A stretch of DNA of 63,631 nt, counting the filler, from Licmophora abbreviata (taxonomy: Eukaryota): NCBI GenBank assembly GCA_900291995.1. It is 5 parts of 5 records of this genome, joined end to end, with 100 filler letters (N's around TTAATTAATTAA, not from the genome) between each part and the next. Parts side by side here need not be neighbours in the genome. Positions count along the whole stretch, not along the records: positions 49,241 to 63,631 come from OLMU01000816.1; 4 more parts are not named here. The stretch is one strand, 5' to 3'. This document shows, piece after piece, positions 58,300 to 63,631 of the stretch. Under the pieces are notes generated by a model. The model ran no database searches and had not been told where the DNA came from. It saw only the letters and a list, made by a program, of their open reading frames with translations. The first letter of the stretch is position 1. Each line of letters opens with the position of its first letter. The position numbers and the translations under genes are program-made.

Positions 58300-59433
58300 T
58301 CAGGCATTCATTGCCGCCTCTGGCGGCATCAAGTCTCCGTGAATTTGCGAAACACACTTCCAGTTTCCCTCAAAGTCACTCTTCCACAACTGCACCACTC
58401 CACCATCCCCCGATGTTGCCAGGACTGTTCCAGTGACATTCCACTGACAGCGCCAGACGGTGGCGGTGGTGTGAAGTACTTGAGTCGACGCTAGTTCCAG
58501 AGTAGTGTTGTCGTCACTCCGTAGCAATTTGTGTAGACGGAGTTCATTGCCGTAGGCCGCAGCGATCCAATGAAAGCGGCGTCCGACGTTGGGAGCCCAG
58601 GCGACATCCAAGACATGATGGTTATTCGAGGACGTAGTAGTCGTCGCCTCTGTACTTCCACCACCCGCTCCCAACGTCAGCAGCGGCTGCCACTGCTTCA
58701 AATAGCGATAGACAATAAGATGAGACCCGCCCACTACCAGTGTCGGAGGCTCAAATCGCGTGGTGCACCATGACAAGCAAGTGACTCCCAATCCACTGGT
58801 GCTTCCAAAGGCAGTGAGCGTCGCTTGCAGTGGCCATTGGGCAAGATTCATAACATCGACCGCTTCGTAAATGCGCACCAAGCCATCGGCACTGCCCGTC
58901 GCCAACTTCAATCCCCACTGACGAGGAGCAAACTCACAGCACGTAACAGTGCGACGCGCTTCTGGCAAGAGCGCCTTTTGCACCCACCGCTTGAGGGTCG
59001 TGCTCGTCGGTGAAGCAGCCAAGGTAGGATCGTTACTACTGCTACTTACACCTGAGTCTCGTTCCTCCCACAGTTTACAGTCACTATCGCTCCCGCACGT
59101 GGCCACGAGCGGTCCAAATTCTGCATGCGCCCACGCCAGTTGACTGACGCTCCCACGATGAGCTTGCCACTCTCCACTGAGTACCCAGTCGTTGTCGCTA
59201 CTCAAGTCCCAGATTCGCACAAAGCGATCGCCGCTGCAGGTGGCCATGCGACGACCGTACATGTCGAAAGCGACGTGATGGACGTAGTCCATGTGCATGG
59301 ACGACAAAACTTGAGTCGACTGGGAAGACGAGGCTGCAGGCCCGTCATCATTGGGATCATTGGCGCCGATGGCGCTGGACGTAGCAAGCGACATGGTTGA
59401 CAGCGTCGCAAGAGAATGTGGCATCCGCGTCAT
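58300..59433 (-). CDS. SEH1: Nucleoporin Seh1 (WD40)
   Basis: HMDYVHHVAFDMYGRRMATCSGD, WAHAEFG, FAPRQWGLKLA, RIYEAVDVMNLAQW, WAPNVGRRFH, WNVTGTVLATSGDGG. Confidence 0.92.
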   Translation of the reverse strand: MTRMPHSLATLSTMSLATSSAIGANDPNDDGPAASSSQSTQVLSSMHMDYVHHVAFDMYGRRMATCSGDRFVRIWDLSSDNDWVLSGEWQAHRGSVSQLAWAHAEFGPLVATCGSDSDCKLWEERDSGVSSSSNDPTLAASPTSTTLKRWVQKALLPEARRTVTCCEFAPRQWGLKLATGSADGLVRIYEAVDVMNLAQWPLQATLTAFGSTSGLGVTCLSWCTTRFEPPTLVVGGSHLIVYRYLKQWQPLLTLGAGGGSTEATTTTSSNNHHVLDVAWAPNVGRRFHWIAAAYGNELRLHKLLRSDDNTTLELASTQVLHTTATVWRCQWNVTGTVLATSGDGGVVQLWKSDFEGNWKCVSQIHGDLMPPEAAMNA

Positions 59434-59610
59434 GGTGGATGCTCCGATCGGTCTGTATCAATTCACGAGCTGGATCTTTGCCATAAGTAGATGTGACGAA
59501 GCATGCGAACAGCGACATTACTTTTTCGGGATGACGACGAGAAACGCTTTTTGATTTGATGATGCGACGATGGTAAAGAGGCGACAGACGGCGCTTTTTC
59601 GACCGACAAC

Positions 59611-60603
59611 ATGATAGTTTCAAGCACTTCGAAGCCCCCAACATGTCGTCAAGACAACAAGGAAGGCATTTCGCCTCGAAATGTATTGTTTCCAAAGACA
59701 TTCGTAGTGTTTCTGGTGGTATTACTTGGTGCCTCAGCTCATCGCCGTGAACTCGCGTTTTCGATAGCGCCGTGTAAAGGGCAGCGAGGACGAGCAAGTT
59801 GCCCGTCGCGCTTGTATCACAGTAGCCCCAGTGACCAGCAGACCACAGAGGTATCCAACTTGTGGGGTCAAGAGCGAAACTCGGAAGAAATCGAAAGACA
59901 CGTCTTCCAGAGTTTGGCCTCGCTTCCGCACTCACCGGATGATGCCGAAGTAGTATCGGCGCCCAGTGTGAATGTACTCTCGGCAGAACCACCACTTCTC
60001 TTGATCCATGATTTCATGTCATCTCACGACTGTGAGAGTATTGTCAATGCTTCGCTAAGTCAACAATTGCAACGCTCCACCATGAATGCGGAACAAGACG
60101 AATCGCTCGCGCGTACCAGTAGTACCACTTGGCTGCGAGAAAGCGTCGACGACGGCGAATACACACGTGCACTTCGCAGAATGGCAGAATCCACGTCCCG
60201 TATAAGTGGCCTGCCTACAGGTCACCAGGAAAATTTGCAAGTCGTTCGGTATACTAGCGGTCAAGAGTTTCAGATTCATACCGACCATTTGGATAGCTTC
60301 AATGACTTGGAGTGTCGTGGGCGACTCGCGACGTGCTTGGTGTACCTGCGAGCACCAGAGAGCGGGGGTGCGACGCGGTTTCACGAGTTTGAGGTCGACG
60401 TAGAGCCGAAACAAGGATCAGCACTTTTCTTTTGGAATACGGTGGAACGGCCGGGATCACCCGACTATGAGGCCACCATGTTTCTACATGCCGATAAGCG
60501 ATTGCGACATGCGGGCTTGCCGGTGCTCAAGGGAGAAAAATGGATTTGCAATCGATGGATTCATCCAATAGACTATGGAGCCGGGGTGAGAGGACTACAA
60601 TAG
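59611..60603 (+). CDS. Prolyl 4-hydroxylase-like 2OG-Fe(II) oxygenase
   Basis: RTSSTTWL, ENLQVVRY, HTD, GGATRF, GSALFF, HAGLPVLKGEKWICNRW. Confidence 0.9.
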   Translation: MIVSSTSKPPTCRQDNKEGISPRNVLFPKTFVVFLVVLLGASAHRRELAFSIAPCKGQRGRASCPSRLYHSSPSDQQTTEVSNLWGQERNSEEIERHVFQSLASLPHSPDDAEVVSAPSVNVLSAEPPLLLIHDFMSSHDCESIVNASLSQQLQRSTMNAEQDESLARTSSTTWLRESVDDGEYTRALRRMAESTSRISGLPTGHQENLQVVRYTSGQEFQIHTDHLDSFNDLECRGRLATCLVYLRAPESGGATRFHEFEVDVEPKQGSALFFWNTVERPGSPDYEATMFLHADKRLRHAGLPVLKGEKWICNRWIHPIDYGAGVRGLQ

Positions 60604-60630
60604 GTACATCTATACTGGGTAGTATTATAG

Positions 60631-61729
60631 TTACTGGTTGCGAAACATGCTGTAAAAGACAGCGCCAAAGCCCAGGGCCAAAACAATGCACATAATGTCG
60701 ATGCAAAGTTTGTCGCTGGCGCGGCCCACTTCGTCCAACGTTTCCTTCATGCGCGAGTTGACAGATCCCACGCGATCGGACACTCGATCAATCTTTGAAC
60801 TGTAACGAGCAGAGAGTAACGATTCACGAGATAAGTGGAGTTGAACAGTGACGTTCGACTTCAGACGAGCTGCACCAGCTAGTAGTTACTCACTCGAGAC
60901 TGTCCAACATGACGTTTTGCGTTTTGACCTCTTCGCCCATTCTCTGTGCGATTTCTGTTAGATCTTGTACCCCTTCTCCAATCTCGTCCAGCTGCTGATC
61001 AAAGTCGGCATCGCGGTCTTCGAGAAGTTGAATCTGGGTTTGCTGGTTTTCAGTCAGAGCGACACCGCCACCGCCGGTCGCGTTCCAAGATTTTTTGGTG
61101 GGCGCGTTACCTACAGAGGAACGACAAGACATATGAGTACAAGCAGGTTATTGACTTCGGTTCCCTCTGAAGACACTACTAATCCTTCGCTTACCGAAGT
61201 CAGAGGTGTGCTTGATTCCAAGGGCGGACCCATCTTCGGGTCGTGATCGCGTATAAGCACTCATCTGCGCCTCTCGAATCTCTTCTAGCTTCTGATGGAG
61301 TCCAACCACGAGTTGTTCCTGCTTCTCGAGATCCTCTGGCGAGAACTTGGATCGCTTCTTGCGAGCCTCCTTTTTGTAAATGGCCTCAATTTCCTTCCAG
61401 TCGTCGGTCGCCTGTCGAATCTGTTCTCGTATTTCTGCTTGCTTCCGAATAACTTCCTGCGGATTATCGCCTCCGTATCCAGCGCTCTCCAGTTCCTTGA
61501 CTTCCAGCATGAGTTTGTGAACGTGTTTGAGACGATCGATAATGGCACTCTTGAGCTCCAAGAAGCGAGATCCCTTGGCCTGTGCCTTTTTACTCGTTCC
61601 CATGGTTGCCACATTCTCCGCTCGTTTCAGCTTATCATCTTCCGACGTCAAAGGCTTGGCACCTACTCGCTCTTGAAAGTCGTACAGCTTCGCGAGCAGC
61701 TGCGTCAAATCGTCGTCTCGTTTTCCCAT
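60631..61729 (-). CDS. SYP7-type (Qc) syntaxin/t-SNARE, 3 exons
   Basis: Helical N-terminal domain, SNARE motif RDADFDQQLDEIGEGVQDL...EEVKTQNVMLD, then KLCID and a C-terminal TM anchor ending at TAA 60631-60633. Confidence 0.85.
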
Positions 61730-62260
61730 GGTCGAGCGTGCTGTTGTTGTGCCGTGGGGTCGGCGTTGGGTCACGGCAATTCGTCCAACGTACCAAAGTG
61801 TATTGTGTGCTACATACGTGAAGTCGCAGTACGGCTTCTACGTGTACAATTCACTCTTTATATACCCCAAAATGTCCTTCTCTAGTATTCTTGCACAGAG
61901 GCAGAAAGCAAGTCGATGAGGTTCATACCGATGGCTGCTTGTTGCTAATTGCAAACTAATGAGCTTAACTGTGACGTCCGAAAGGTCAGATCGAATCTTT
62001 GACTCCCCTTGTGGGATCCCAACCTTTTGCAATGTAACCTACTTGACAATTGTCAGCGCAGCTAGTGGTTACAACCCCATAAGGGAGATTCAGCTGTGGC
62101 TACTAGAAGTGACCATGTCAGATGGTAATGTAGGGCCCGTAGCGATCGAAAAGGCGTCAAGACGCTGACGTGTTCTATAGTATTATCCTCCATTCCTTGG
62201 GTGACAGCTGCCTATCTAGATCTACGACCTTTGCGCAAATCTCTAGCTGACGCCTCACCG

Positions 62261-63367
62261 CTAGCCCATCGCGTCCGACCCGTCGATTTGCTCTCGTCGG
62301 CGCGTTGCGTACTCGAGTCGCATAAGCAAGACATCGAGTAGCATAATCACACTTGCTTTCACGGCACCATACGCGGACGTAACTAACTTCGATCCTTCCT
62401 TGTCTTGCCATGGCACAGTCACCTCCCCGACCGGCACCTTCCATTCCCGAGCCCGAAACAATACTTCCACGTCGTGTGCCCATCTCCTGAGATACAAATC
62501 GTGGTATAGAGACGTGGCGGCCGGTAGGGTCATCAATTTACAGCCACATTGACTATCCTGGACTCCCAGGTTGCCACAAATTATCCGAACTATCGTCCGA
62601 AAGCCCCCTCGTAAGATAGAACGAGACAGGGACGCCCCTTCGTAGCCGCGATTGCCAACTAGCAACGCGGGTGTCTCCCAGAATGAGGAAGAGCCGGCTT
62701 CAACTCCTGCTGATACAATCAATCTCTGCAGTTCCTTCATCATCACACTCAAACAAGTAACATCGGCACTGCCGTCGGCATCGGCGATCAGAATCAACGG
62801 CGGTGGGTCCCCTGTACTAGGTGACGTGTCGTCGCTGCTGTGATTGCAACGCGAGACAATGTGGTCGATCCCAAAGGCTATTGCCGCGCCCTTGCCCTCG
62901 TTGTGTGGTATCGTAACGCAGGACAATGCTATTTGCGCTCGAGTGGAAATTTCCCTTACCAAATCGCGAGTTCCATCCTCGGATCCGTCGTCCACCACCA
63001 AAATCTCGCAGGCGTTCACCAACATGTCACCGGACTGGTGCTGGTCTAGCAGGTAGGACTGGTAGATTTCGAGAGTGTGACCAATGCGCATAACTTCATT
63101 GTAAGCTGGAAGAAGAATAGTCAGAGGCGGTATGCCGCGTTCCTCCAGAGAGTTGCTTCCTTGCAACGCCGTACTCATGCCGATTGCGTCAACGCGGCAG
63201 TGTCCTGAAAGACGGCGGTATGGCTTGACTATCGGAGAGGACAAGTATCGATGGCATACAAAGAAGGATTCCACTGGTTGAATTCGAAGGCAAAGGAGCG
63301 AAACCACGCATAGCGGATGATACAGCCGTCTCCAGCGCTTTTGTCGACTACTATTTTCGTTGGCCAT
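62261..63367 (-). CDS. ALG5-like dolichyl-phosphate glucosyltransferase (GT2)
   Basis: LPAYNE, VVDDGSEDGT, NEGKGAA, ADADGS, DSQCGCKL, RWAHDVE, WQDKEGSKL. Start may be 63367 or further upstream (63463). Confidence 0.85.
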   Translation of the reverse strand: MANENSSRQKRWRRLYHPLCVVSLLCLRIQPVESFFVCHRYLSSPIVKPYRRLSGHCRVDAIGMSTALQGSNSLEERGIPPLTILLPAYNEVMRIGHTLEIYQSYLLDQHQSGDMLVNACEILVVDDGSEDGTRDLVREISTRAQIALSCVTIPHNEGKGAAIAFGIDHIVSRCNHSSDDTSPSTGDPPPLILIADADGSADVTCLSVMMKELQRLIVSAGVEAGSSSFWETPALLVGNRGYEGASLSRSILRGGFRTIVRIICGNLGVQDSQCGCKLMTLPAATSLYHDLYLRRWAHDVEVLFRAREWKVPVGEVTVPWQDKEGSKLVTSAYGAVKASVIMLLDVLLMRLEYATRRREQIDGSDAMG

Positions 63368-63631
63368 CACTGAGTTTTGGTTGTGCGAAATCAACGGCAT
63401 CACTGGGCCGTCAGTGGCTGATCTGTTTAAACGAGAAACTTCCAGTTCACACAAAGATGGCAATAGGACGGTATTGTCACATCGGCCTCACGCCACACCA
63501 ATGTTCAGTTGGAAGCACATCCCATCATGGTTGACAGACATGATGCACTCCTCATCGCTCATCGCGTTTCGAATTGCAATGATTGTTTAACAGTTAAGGT
63601 GAATTTTGATATGAGTATCGAATGTAAGTTT

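Overview
Gene-dense eukaryotic nuclear DNA, almost certainly from a diatom. Evidence: short GT-AG introns, bipartite signal+'AF/SF' plastid-targeting N-termini, and diatom-type plastid genes. The window is five contigs joined by four artificial 100-bp N linkers carrying TTAATTAATTAA. I can support about 40 protein genes, including a bestrophin-like channel, plastid SufS, PAM68, DGD synthase, an aldo-keto reductase, Sde2, PP2C, PIG-Z, TAF9, HMCES/SRAP, sphingosine kinase, eIF3f, Seh1, a prolyl 4-hydroxylase, a SYP7-type syntaxin and an ALG5-like GT2. I recognised no rRNA, tRNA, CRISPR array or intact transposon. The best lead is two small spliced genes that the ORF track splits. One looks like Ska2 (1748-2442) and the other like Dad1 (8806-9165). 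They lie on one contig and would be subunits of the two kinetochore-microtubule couplers (Ska and Dam1/DASH) that are usually mutually exclusive. Other leads: Sde2 with an internal SPRY domain, a TALE homeodomain-RING fusion, a spliced stand-alone TAZ finger, a prokaryote-type secreted beta-propeller and a membrane-anchored PP2C. Three frameshifts are probably sequencing errors. All family calls come from motif recognition by eye, not from database searches.
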